DNA of 62,652 nt, the filler included, from Octopus bimaculoides (lineage: Eukaryota): assembly GCF_001194135.2 (NCBI RefSeq). It is 5 parts of 4 records of this genome, joined end to end, with 100 filler letters (N's around TTAATTAATTAA, not from the genome) between each part and the next. Parts side by side here need not be neighbours in the genome. Positions count along the whole stretch, not along the records: positions 1 to 18,848 come from NC_068983.1; 4 more parts are not named here. One strand, written 5' to 3'. Shown piece by piece: positions 1 through 12,823 of this stretch. The notes under the pieces are model-generated. The model was not told where the DNA came from and ran no database searches. It saw only the letters and a list, made by a program, of their open reading frames with translations. The position numbers and the translations under genes are program-made. How positions within the stretch are numbered: the stretch's first letter is position 1; each line of letters opens with the position of its first letter.

Positions 1-2177
1 ATATATATATATATATATATATAACATAACAACATGACAACCTGTTTTATACTTAAAAACAAATTACAATCAAATTATATCATGATTGCAAGAAGAGAAT
101 TATTGTAAAGAAAATTGACAATTTTTTGGAGGGTGTACGTCGCGTACCTGGAATATATGCCTCTGATACACGAACATGCGTGCGCGCACACAGGGAGTAT
201 ACGTGTGTGTATATAATTCCAAAATTTGAACAGTAACAAAACAAAGGAACAGAAAATTCAAACAGGACAGGGTGTTGCTAATTCCTCATCAGTTATCGTC
301 CACAAGGTCCTTATAATTTCACGCCTTTAATGATAAATGTATGTCGATTCATTATGAATGACAGAAGCAATATTAGTTCAAAATAGCTATTTATCATATT
401 TAAAGCATATACATCGTTTGGAGCCTAACAAGCACTGTTATAAACGTATTGTGTTAAAATACACAGATATATGTTTATACGATATGCTTTCTCGAGATGC
501 GATACACAGATTGCAATTTTGAATACTTCTGTCGCTCATAACGAATTTTTATCCATCTTGCAGTTGCTAGTTGAATACTTGCTGCTGACGAAGCTCAAAG
601 AAGCAGAAATACATATATCAATGCTACCAATACATATAGCAATGCCACTACCACCACTTGTTTTATCGACCTCGAAGGGAGGAAAGGCAAAGTCGTCAAT
701 CTTAGTGATTTGAACTCAGAAGAAATGCCGCTAAGCATTTTTCCAATCCTCAAACGAGTCTACCAGCTCACTGCCTTGATGACGACGACGACGACAACAA
801 TGATGACATCTTTTTTTTTTTTTATAATAATTATGACATTTATAATAAATCTGAACAATTTTTGACTGACTCCAATTAAATGCAAGATTGGAAATCTCAT
901 AGAATTAGAACTCAGAATACATTCTTAAAATTAAAATGAAATAATAAAATGGTACAATTTGTTGGCCAATATTTTTTTTTTTTTTTTTTTTACTGTTATT
1001 ATAATAGAATTTATTTAGTCGGAGCTATGATTGACTCTTTGACTGCATAATGGTCAATCGCACAATGATGTTAACTATCCACCAAAAGATACAATTGATA
1101 TTGTCTGCCTTCTGCAAATACTCTTTCAGTATCTCCTGTAGGTACGGTTTTCATATTCACCACTAAAAGTATTTGATTCTTGCTCTGTGAACAAATATTT
1201 CATGAAATATATGAGAAAAATTACGAAAATCTGAAAAACTGTCTTTTGTAAAAAGTGCTACAAGGGGTGGGGGGTGTCTTCGCTCCTCGTAGCATAAGAG
1301 AATGTCTTTCCAATGATGTGAGGTAATACCGCTTTCTGCGGTTAACAGTAATAAAATTTTGAGCAGATATATCCGCTTTCCACGTTCAAAGGGTTAACTA
1401 GAATATTCTCGCTGTGGTTATCAGTCAATTACATGCATTGTCACAATTGTATCAAAGTTGCCCATTTTGCTTGTTCATTCAGGTTATTGGTGCAGCTGTA
1501 TCAAAGCAAAAACCATAGTTGCAAAATTATAATTATAGTTATGTTTGTCATTTAAGGAGTTTTGCAATAATTTCATATATGTGCATGTACACACGTTACA
1601 TATATATACTCATGCACATAATGGATGCTTGTTGCTTTTTTTTAAAGCTTGAATGCAAATGAATTTGTTTTAGTTTTTGCTCACTCACATGCACATACGT
1701 ATATTAGATGGAAATATAAAACTCTGAGTAGGTATAAATGAACTTTACTATGTGTATTGAGTAGTTCCTTTTTCTTATCTTCCCGAAACTTTTTTTGTGC
1801 TTTTCATCCAAAATGGAGATGAACACCATTCCTCCAAGTGATCGGCTAGAAAAATTGCTACGATATTAAGATATTTCTCTTAACATGAAACCAATAGTAG
1901 CCTTAATATACAAATAAAGAAATTTTATATCCACCAATGTGGTGTTGAACACATTCTCATCATTCAATATTTACGTATATCTACATATATATATATATAT
2001 AGACACATAATGTTATACAGAAAGGAAGACAGGTAAATAGATAGATAGATATGTAAACCAGTTCAAAAAATTCTCCATCATGACAGCAGATGACTTGAAT
2101 TGTCACACTGCAGTTACATATATCATTTTGTGTATTTTGACTTGTGACTTGCTCAGGCATGTATCTTTTACTATCAG

Positions 2178-2217
2178 ACAGACTGTGCAAAATGCAGCCC
2201 ACAGAGCTTTCTGAATG
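2178..2217 (+). CDS. Candidate exon of a plus-strand gene (xRLCKMQPTELSE)
   Basis: Acceptor tatcttttactatcag and donor ATG|gtatgt; phase chains with candidates 4389-4471 and 11279-11325. No homology recognised. Confidence 0.3.
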
Positions 2218-3493
2218 GTATGTCTAATGAAGTTGGACTTTTTTTTTTAAACTAACGCAGCCTTCTAAAAGATGAACCATGTCTCATACAGCCCACTTCT
2301 TGATAAAAGGTTGCCCCCACATGATGTAAACTGACTGCAACAGTAACCGAAATCGGCATCGATCTGTCTGGCTTTTGCATTTGTAGCTTCTTTTTGTGTC
2401 TGCAATGTGGTAAACTAAGGACCAATACAGGCTGTATTATTGAGAAGAAACAAATGGAGTAGACTCAGTACAAATGTACTCCACTTAGCACAAATTCCAT
2501 GTGCAGGTAATTTGATAATTCTTTTTCTTTCATTTTATTTCTTTTAACTTTTCATCATCATCATCATCATCATTATTCAACACCCATGTTCTATGCTGGC
2601 ATGGGTTGAAAGGTTTGATAGGATCTGATGTGTCCAAGGACTGCATGGTGCTCCAATGTCTGCTCTGGCATGCTTTCTATGGTTGGATGCCCTCCCTAAT
2701 GCCAACCACTTTACAGCAAGTAGGTGCCATTTTTGTTCCACCAGCACTATTGAGATCACCATGCAGTTTGCAAAACTACAAACCCCGAGGGAGGTAGGTT
2801 CAGCTTTGTGCTAGGGGACAAGGGGTTAAAGCGTGAGAGAAAGGAGGAGAGCAGAGCAGGTTCTTGTTGAAGAGCTGCATAGTTATTCACATTTTGTAGA
2901 AGAGCTGCATGGTTATTCACAGGGGAATGAGGGACTTATCAGTAGGAGCTGTGAAGAGATAGATGGTTAAGTTGAGGTGTCCCGGTGGTTACCTATATAA
3001 TGTTCTTGAAGGAAGAATCCATTATTACAGACAGACAGACAGATAAATATTCTCATTTTCTCTTTTTTATATTTGTTGCTATTATTTGCCCTATATTACA
3101 GTTTTATTGACTCTTAGAATATTCAAACTAACACTACTGTTGCTGTCATTGTTGAGATTGATATTTTCATTACTCAGCCCTATAATTAGATTGACTTATG
3201 AAGACAGTCCAGCTATAACCATCCAGGATTTTTTTTTTCCTCCAAATAACAGTATATCATCAAATATACCCTTTTACATTTCTCAGATAGGGAAGTATAT
3301 TTTGAGTATAAGTCTCCCACTATTTCTAGCAGATCATGCAAATATGTTTTTTTTTTTCTTTTTTAGCTGGAAGTACAGTAGCAAAAGTAGTTAAGTTTCT
3401 TGCCAATGGGCATGTTTTTTTTTTAAATATTTTTATAGCTGTTTAACAGTAACTATTGTTGCTGTTGTTGTTGTTTGGCAAAAAACAAAAAAA

Positions 3494-3779
3494 CCTTTTG
3501 ATACCAATCAGCATGACCACCACCAACAACAACAACCTTGACTTTGTGACAGAAAACCGTTTTAATTGTTCATATATAAATTTAAAACCTTCCATCGTAA
3601 ATTTTATGTATGAACTGTTCATTAAGTTACGTTCCAAACACCAACTTTGTAATGAAAAAACTTAGATTTTACTAAATTTCTCCAGTTTTTTTTATTTTAT
3701 TTTTTTTATTACTTTTTTTTCTAAATTATTTGGAAATCACAGGCAGTGTTATTTCATTAGAAAGATGGTAACGAAAGGG
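3494..3779. mobile_element. Degenerate piggyBac-type MITE, same family as 51564-51784
   Basis: Right end GTAACGAAAGGG-TTAA, left end ccttttgatacc, shared internal ...ttttactaaatt... segment. Confidence 0.55.
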
Positions 3780-4388
3780 TTAAAAAGATTTCTCTTTCAG
3801 CATACAATGATTGTCATTCAGCTCAGAATTTTAGTCCCCACCAACTATTATAGTAAACAGTCAGTAAATGCAAGATTTACACATTAATACTTTCAATAAA
3901 TATAAATATTACGATACCTCTTTTCTCACATAATTCAAAGGTGTTGAATATCTTACTTAAGCACAAAGTCTTTTAGAAAAGATCAGATATTATTGGTTCC
4001 ATTCTAGTACATTACTAATACTTGGTAGAATTGACAAAATTACTCATATTGAGTAAAGATTTGCAGAAACTGTTCATACATCAGAAAAATATAATTCTTT
4101 GCCTCATTTTCTGTGTTAATTCAATACACGATCTATCTCATTGTACACTCATTCATGTACAAGTCATGACACTGGATGTGGAGTGAAACCATATTACCAA
4201 CGGCGACACCAACAATAGCCAAAGACACAGCACCAGAGTGTAAACAGGAGGAAGAAATATATACAAAAAAATAGGACGAAAATAAAAGATAATTAAAATA
4301 ATAGGCTTGTTATCTTCCATGAAGGTACATTCAATCAGTCACATACAACTACACATGAGTTCAATCGTCAGTGACAAGTAGTTTATAG

Positions 4389-4471
4389 CACAGCATTCTT
4401 GAACAAGGCACATTACTCTTTGTTCTACAATTGCTCTCAACAAAAATTAATGAAATTTTCTCATTTCAGAG
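4389..4471 (+). CDS. Candidate exon (TAFLNKAHYSLFYNCSQQKLMKFSHFR)
   Basis: Strong donor GAG|gtgagt, weak acceptor gtttatag, open frame, phase 2 to 1. Confidence 0.22.
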
Positions 4472-6589
4472 GTGAGTGGTTGGTATGATAGCAGCCAGTC
4501 ACTAATATATATTGGTTTCAAATTTTGGCACAAGGCCAGCAATTTCGGGGGAGGAGTAAGTCGATTACATTGACACCTGTGCTCAACTGATACTTATTTA
4601 ATCAACCCTGGAAGGATGAAAAGCAAAGTTAATTCCAGCAGCATTTGAACACAGAATGTAAAGACAGACAAAATGCTGTTAAGCATTTTGTCCAGCATGT
4701 TAACAATTCTGCCAGCTTGCCACTAATATATATTGATGTGTATGTAAGCATGTAGGCACAATACAGTCAGATGGTTAAGCTCATTTCACAAACACAAGGT
4801 CCCAGGTTCAATCCTACCGTACATCATCTTTAGTAAATATCATTTTCTATGGTGTTGAGTCAACCCATACAAATGAGTAAAACTGAGAAGATGAAAACTA
4901 TATAGAAGCCTATCAGGAGGATTCTACTTGTAATTCAGAAAGGTAAAGCCTTATCACACTACTTCGGCTTGAAATTTACATTAAGGAAAAAATTGTCTGA
5001 GGGATATTCAGCCACTTACACATTCATTCATAGCAGGTAACTCAGATGATTGAACAATTGAATCCTCATTGTAAAAAAACAAACACCACAATGTGAGCTT
5101 TTGTATGCATGTTATAAGCTGGGAATATGTAAAACTCCCAAGTACAATCCTCAACTTTTAGGTTTGATCCCATCATACAGCACCATGGACAAGTGCTTTC
5201 CACCATCAACTGTAATCAACCCAAGATTTCTGAGTGAAATTAAAGAGGCAGAAACCGTGTGGAAGCCTGTCAGATACACTGTATCTGTAATTTGGAAGTC
5301 TGTCTTGTCACGCAGTTTTACATTGATCCAATATGAGGTTCACACTAAGAGTACCATGGCTAAATGATTAAGAAGTTTGCTTTGCAACCACAAGGCCCTG
5401 TATTCACATACACTGTTTGGCATTTTGCCATTACCTAGGACTGGCCAAAATCTTGTGAGTGAAATTGGATAGATGGAAACTATACAGAAACTCATTGGAT
5501 GGACTGTACTAGTTATAGAGGTACACTTTCGTCACACTGATTCTGTCTGGGGATTACGTTAATAGTACATTTGTGGAAAGCTTAGTCACTAGCACACTAA
5601 TTCATTGAGTCAATTGAATCTTCACCAAATAACAGAGATCCATTTACAATATAAGCATCAGTGGAACACTTACATTATAATACAGTGAGTAGATAAAACT
5701 AAAGATCAAACAATTGAGACAACACACACAAACACACATGAAAACTACAGAAGAATCCAACACATTCAAATATATATAAGCAGTTTGGCAAAAGAGACTG
5801 ATAGAATATGTATCAGGCTTCAGAAAGTAAGGCCTAAGATCGATTTGTTTGACTGAAACCCTTTAAGGCGGTGCGCCAACATGGTCACAGTCAAATGACT
5901 GAAACAAGTAAAGGAAAAAATAAAAGATATATATCATCATCATCATCATTGTTTAACGCTCGCTTTCCAAGCTAGCATGGGTTGGACGATTTGCCTGAGG
6001 ACTGGCAAGCCAGAAGGCTGCTCCAGGCTCCAATCTGATCTGGCAGAGTTTCTACAGCTGGATGCCCTTCCTAATGCCAACCACTCCAAGAGTGTAGTGG
6101 GTGCTTTTACGTGCCACCAGCACGAGGGCCAGTCACACAGTACTGGCAACGGCCACGCTCAAAAAGGTGTTTTTTACGTGCCACTTGCACAGGGGCCAGT
6201 CCAGCAGCACTAGGAACGACCTCGCTCGAATATAATTTTTTTTTTTTTGTGGAGGGGTGAAACAGTGGATTTTTAAGCAGCTAAAACTGTTAATAATAGC
6301 ACAAAAATATTGGGTTAAAAACCCTTCGAAAAGAACAAGTCAAAGGCTGCCTGTGGAACTCAAATCCACACCCCCTGCAAACATGTCAGGTGTTCTACCT
6401 CTGGACCAAAGCAATCCTTCAAATATCTCTATACATTTTAGAAACTTTATTCCTACCAGCGAGAATAATGTGTTGTTGATGTCATAACAATTCAGAAACT
6501 TCAAGAGAATGTGAAATAATTCTTTTCTGGAATAGTGGATCTTGAAGCAGTTAAAATTATAAAGAACAGTGTATAAACATTGGAGATAA

Positions 6590-6820
6590 GTCTTTAGCAT
6601 TGAGACTATTCTATCAAATATAATGCTTATTTATTCAAATTTTGTTTTGGTCTCAATTAATCATGCATTACCTCTTTGCTTCTAGGTTTCAATGATGTGA
6701 TTGTATATTTTAAGAATAACATTGTAAGGTATGAGTGAGAAGCTGAATTTGGTCAGTTTGAACATAAAGCATGTAGAATAGTTGGGCCTGATATGACTGG
6801 TTTAAATACTAAAAGATTAA
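6590..6820. mobile_element. Degenerate piggyBac-type MITE, second family
   Basis: Decayed termini ctttagcatt / aatactaaaag-attaa. Confidence 0.4.
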
Positions 6821-8061
6821 AAAACATAACTTTGAATAGAAAAAGCCCAAAACTCCCTGTGGTACTCAGAATTTTAGTACTTGATTCATGTGTACATACT
6901 GGGAAACAGCCTTGAAGTGTCTAGAAAAACAAATCAACAATACATATTTTCTAAATGTCTGGTACTAATTCTACTGGTCTATTTTTGCCAAACCATTAAG
7001 TTATGGGGATGTAAACAAAGCAACACTTGTTGTCAGGTGGGGGGGGGGAGACAAGTACAAAGACATGCACACACAAATGCAACAGACTTCTACATAGTTT
7101 CCAACTCCCAAATTCAAACACAAGACATTGGTTAGCCTGAGGCTATAGAAGATGCTTGCCCAAAGTACTGCAGTGGGGCTGAACCCAATATAGCGTGGCT
7201 GCCCAGTGAACCTCAACAACATAGCTATGACTTTATATCTATAAAGATCACAGAGGACTCTAACAGAGATCCAAGGACTTACCCTAGTCATGCTGAGTGT
7301 TACATTAAGGGTGCATTTGTCTGTGGAATACTTGACCACTAAGTAGTTTTTGTTGGCCAAACAATTGGAACAGTCATTCGTTGAAAATCAATGCAAGAGG
7401 CCATCACGCATCATAAACAATTCTTGTCCTACAAACTCATTCCAGAAATGGATAATCAAAATTTGCAGATTCGTCAAACCCATAACCACACAAATAAATA
7501 AGAAAAATCACATGTAAAATATAAAATACATATACACACAAAATAGGGTGCAATTGAAAAGTAAATAAATAAGTAAATAAAATAAATGAATAAATAAATA
7601 ATAACAAACAAAATCAAAGTATTCAACAGATGTTGAAATAATTTGAACAAGAAAAGAAATTAAAGTAAAAAAAAAAAAAAAAGGAGGAGGAGAAGGAGGA
7701 ATTAAGAGAAGACACTGTGAAGTGCAGAGTAGAATGGAGACAGAAGAAAGGAGAATCTGGAGTAAAGAGTGACGAGAAAGAAAATATGAAATATTGGAAG
7801 GAGATGGAGGCAGAAGGAGGAACTGTAAGAGCAGAAAATAATGGTAAGAAAGAGAAGAGAAAGCTGTATTGAAAAGATGGAATGGGAAGTAATTCAGAAG
7901 TACAAATAAAGAGGACAGTTTTTTTTTCTTCAATCTTTTTTATTTCAAATTTCTTTTTTAATGTTTAATTTGTTATTTATTGTCTTGTTTTTGATTTGTT
8001 TGTTTTTTTAAGTAAATTTTCCAAACATCTTAGAGAGAGGGAAGAATTAGAATTACAAGGT

Positions 8062-8078
<17 letters not shown>

Positions 8079-8148
<70 letters not shown>
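8079..8148. repeat. (TA)n microsatellite, representative of many (25.6-25.8 kb, 27.9 kb, 28.9 kb and others)
   Basis: Direct inspection. Confidence 0.97.
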
Positions 8149-8155
<7 letters not shown>

Positions 8156-9197
8156 TCACAAACATACATATGTATATACACACACTAACAAGTATATATG
8201 TATACATGTATATATGCAAATATGCACACACACACACACACACACACATATAAGGAAAACTTACAGAACTGAAGCTGGGATGGAATATATTTCAAAAACA
8301 ATTTTAAATATAAAAAAAAATTATTTTGATGGTTATTGGCATGCTGGTTCGTATTCCTATATTCTTTTTTGTTTATAAAGTTTTAACATTCATACTGCCA
8401 AACACACACATACACACACCTCTTTAACATATACACACACACACACACAGAGGGCACTGCAACATAGCTCTGCTATAAAAAAAAAAAAATTAATTTAAAA
8501 AATCAAAAAAAATCAGTGATATTTATTGAGACCAGCCAATTTTGTTTAAATAAATTTGAATAACTTTGCAAAACTTATACAAGTTTGTATGTCTGTAAAG
8601 AGACAAGTCTTAGTGCTTCATTCAGGCAGCTGTATAGAAACAGGATCAAACAACTTTAAATTCACATCTTCTTTACTACACGCATACAAACTTATCTTTA
8701 TTTGCAATTTCAAGTAACTGGAGCATTTGCCAACACAGACCACCAATGGTTTGTTCAAGATTGGTTTATTTTATTTTTTGTTCCCTTATTGTTTTGTTTA
8801 TTTATTTGCTCCTCGTTTGCTGGTTAATTAATATTCACTTATGGATATGGTATACCTATGATACAGCAAATATATATTGCTCCATATTACTTAAACTTTC
8901 TAAATTACATAGAAAGTCATGCTCCCTCTCTTTTTTTTCCCTTTCTTTGGATTCATCATTGCCTTTCTTTTTAGATTTGAGAGGGAAGCAGTAAATATAT
9001 ATATATATATNNNNNNNNNNNNNNNNNNNNNNNNNNNNNNNNNNNNNNNNNNNNNNNNNNNNNNNNNNNNNNNNNNNNNNNNNNNNNNNNNNNNNNNNNN
9101 NNNNNNNNNNNNNNNNNNNNNNNNNNNNNNNNNNNNNNNNNNNNNNNNNNNNNNNNNNNNNNNNNNNNNNNNNNNNNNNNNNNNNNNNNNNNNNNNN

Positions 9198-9545
9198 CCA
9201 GTTGATACGATCAACGGAACAGCCTGCTCGTGAAATTAACGTGCAAGTGGCTGAGCACTCCACAGACACGTGTACCCTTAACGTAGTTCTTGGAGATATT
9301 CAGCGTGACACAGTGTGACAAGGCTGACCCTTTGAATTACAGGCACAACAGAAACAGGAAGTAAGAGTGAGAGAAAGTTGTGGTGAAAGAGTACAGCAGG
9401 GTTCGCCACCATCCCCTGCTAGAACCTCGTGGAGCTTTTAGGTGTTTTCGCTCAATAAACACTCACAACACCCGGTCTAGGAATCGAAATCGTGATCTTA
9501 TGACCGCGTGTCCGCTGCCCTAACCACTGGGCCATTGCGCTTCCA
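9198..9545 (-). mobile_element. SINE family A copy
   Basis: Reverse complement of 31513-31880; left end cut by a gap. Confidence 0.9.
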
Positions 9546-9936
9546 CTATCAGTAATAATATAATAGTTAAAGGTCTAAAAGAAAGATTTTTTTCCACTGA
9601 GAAGATGGAAGGAAAGAGAAGGATATTAAGAGAAAGTGAGGGAATGAGTGGCAAGACAGGGTGGATTGGTGAGGGAGGCGAATCATAAAAGGGGAGATAA
9701 AAAATGTGGAAACAAAGCGATAGTTATCATCATCATCATTATTATTATTATTATTATTAATTGTTAGTAAAAATATCTTTTATGAAGTTTATACACTTTT
9801 TTTTCAATCTTTCGAAGTTTTTCATTATATTAAAATTAAGATTTTTTTAAAGGGATCTGCACTAACATCATGAGAGCGATTTGCTAATCCTACTGCAAAC
9901 TATCATCACCACCACTAATAATATCACTCTCATTAC

Positions 9937-10252
9937 TTGTTGTTGTTGGCACTCCGTCGCTTACGATGTCGAGGGTTCCAGTTGATCCGATCAACGGAAC
10001 AGCCTGCTCGTGAGATTAACGTGCAAGTGGCTGAGCACTCCACAGATACGTGTCCCCTTAATGTAGTTCTCGGGGATATTCAGCGTGACACAGTGTGACA
10101 AGGCTGACCCTTTGAATTACAGGCACAACAGAAACAGAAAGTAAGAGTGAGAGAAAGTTGTGGTGGAAGAGTACAGCAGGGTTCGCCACCATCCCCTGCC
10201 GGAGCCTCGTGGAGCTTTAGGTGTTTTCGCTCAATAAACACTCACAACGCCC
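9937..10252 (-). mobile_element. SINE family A copy
   Basis: Reverse complement of the 3' part of the 31513 copy with (TTG)n tail; head lost in a gap. Confidence 0.9.
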
Positions 10253-10830
10253 NNNNNNNNNNNNNNNNNNNNNNNNNNNNNNNNNNNNNNNNNNNNNNNN
10301 NNNNNNNNNNNNNNNNNNNNNNNNNNNNNNNNNNNNNNNNNNNNNNNNNNNNNNNNNNNNNNNNNNNNNNNNNNNNNNNNNNNNNNNNNNNNNNNNNNNN
10401 NNNNNNNNNNNNNNNNNNNNNNNNNNNNNNNNNNNNNNNNNNNNNNNNNNNNNNNNNNNNNNNNNNNNNNNNNNNNNNNNNNNNNNNNNNNNNNNNNNNN
10501 NNNNNNNNNNNNNNNNNNNNNNNNNNNNNNNNNNNNNNNNNNNNNNNNNNNNNNNNNNNNNNNNNNNNNNNNNNNNNNNNNNNNNNNNNNNNNNNNNNNN
10601 NNNNNNNNNNNNNNNNNNNNNNNNNNNNNNNNNNNNNNNNNNNNNNNNNNNNNNNNNNNNNNNNNNNNNNNNNNNNNNNNNNNNNNNNNNNNNNNNNNNN
10701 NNNNNNNNNNNNNNNNNNNNNNNNNNNNNNNNNNNNNNNNNNNNNNNNNNNNNNNNNNNNNNNNNNNNNNNNNNNNNNNNNNNNNNNNNNNNNNNNNNNN
10801 NNNNNNNNNNNNNNNNNNNNNNNNNNNNNN

Positions 10831-10866
<36 letters not shown>

Positions 10867-11278
10867 TTAAATACGTGTACAAGAATGTTTTGTATAACTT
10901 AAACATATGGGAAGTGAAATTATACGCAATTTAAATATATAGAGAAAATGTAGCCTCCAAAGGTCTACAAGAAACAGGCACCATATTAAAAATGTATTTA
11001 AGCATTATACGGAAATATTTTTCCTTGTGAAATATGACGGCTTAGCACATGGAAAGGGTTCAAAATTTGGCAACATGTGCACACACATACACACAATTAC
11101 ATACATGCTCACACAGACACAGTTGGAAGACTATCTATCTACATGTTATAACTCAAACGTTATGACATTATAACAGCAAAAAAATATGTTATAACAAGTC
11201 AAACTTCCTTCTCCCTTGTCATTTATTTTTTTTACTTATAGCATTCAACCACACATTCATTATCCTATTCTTATACAG

Positions 11279-11325
11279 TTGAAAGAGTATTGATGCTGAT
11301 GCCAACAGACAGTGTCGACAAATAA
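11279..11325 (+). CDS. Candidate terminal exon (xERVLMLMPTDSVDK*)
   Basis: Acceptor attatcctattcttatacag, phase 1, stop TAA. Confidence 0.22.
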
Positions 11326-12003
11326 TTATAATTATTTCTATCAACACAAGGCTACAAGGTTTCAGCTGAGGAGCAGGAGGAAAGGAGGGGCTATAGTTAT
11401 TCATAATGATGCCAGTACATGCAGGGTCCTCTATTTGACCTTGCAAGGTTGAGAGTTTAAATCAATTTTCAGTGAAAACAGAGAGCAATAAGTTTAAAAC
11501 CAGTGAAATAAAAAAAGTAATGATGATGATGATAATAATAATAATAATCATTTCTATTGGAGTCACAAGGCCTCAAATTTGTTGAGTGGGGACTAGTGGA
11601 TTATAACGACCCCAGTGTTTCACTGGTACTTAATTTATCAACCTCCGAAAGGATGAAAGGCAAAGTCGACCTCAGAGGAATTTGAACTCAGAATGTATCA
11701 ACAGGCAAACTACTGCTAAGCATTTCATCCGGTGTGCTAACAATTCTGTCAGCTCACTACTTTAACAATGATAATAATAATCCTTTTTACTATAGGCACA
11801 AGGCCTGAAATTTTGGGGGAGGGAGACTAGTCGATTACATCGACTGCAGTATTTCACTAGTACTTATTTTATTAATCCCAAAAGGATGAAAGTCAAAGCC
11901 AACCTCAGCGGAATTTGAACCCAGAACGTAAAGAGCCAGAAGAAACGCCACTAAGGATTTTGCCTGACGTGCTCATGATTCTGCCAGCTCAATAATAATA
12001 ATA

Positions 12004-12115
12004 ATAATAGATAGAGAGATGAGTTCTTTACTTTTGTATACGATTGACACAATACATCACTCAATTTTGTGTCAATCGTATACAAAAGTAAAGAACTCAT
12101 CTCTTTATCTATTAT
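12004..12115. repeat. 49-bp near-perfect inverted repeat with 14-nt loop (probable tiny MITE)
   Basis: 12004-12052 pairs with 12067-12115, with one G/T mismatch (12014/12105). Confidence 0.9.
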
Positions 12116-12710
12116 ATTTCTGCCGAGTTACTTCAGTCCTTTATATAAACTAATAATAATAATAATAATAATAATGATAATAATAATAATAATGATGATA
12201 CAAATGCGTGTACCTGGCAAATTATGTAAACTGGGCATTATACACATGATATAAAACTGGCAAGTTAATCGGGTGATTTTTGTTTTTGATTGTGTTGTTA
12301 TGTATGACTGGTTTAACTGACAGATGTGAAGATGAAGGAGTGTGGGGCACGAAAAGAAAAGAGAAAGAAAGAGAGAAAGGAGTATTGAGAAAGAGAGAAA
12401 GGAGTATTGAGAAAGAGAGAAAGAAATGAAATGAAGATTAAATTTATTCCATGTTGTCTTCATGCGTCCAAATACACTGTTAGTGCTGGCTGGTGGTATT
12501 TAGATAGTGTGTTCATGTACATCTGTTGAGAGACTTATCTTCACTGAATGAGCTGAGTATGTTTTAGAGAAGAATAATTAGAATGCTTAGGAGAGAGTTA
12601 GGGAGAGAGCAAGGGTGGGGAAACTTGAATAAAAAAAAAAGAGAGGGAAAAACACACACAATCACACATATACAAGAAAGTAAAAAAGTAAAAAAAGTAA
12701 AACTAAAAAA

Positions 12711-12744
<34 letters not shown>

Positions 12745-12823
12745 GTGTGTGTATGTATATATATATATATATATATATATAATAAAACAGAGTTTAAGAA
12801 AGCTCTGGAAGCAAGGAAATTAT

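Noticed and set aside
2250-2400. Minus-strand stretch open in all three frames after a CAG acceptor
   Set aside because: No frame is favoured, nothing links it to the minus gene (which ends at 12824), and I see no recognisable homology.
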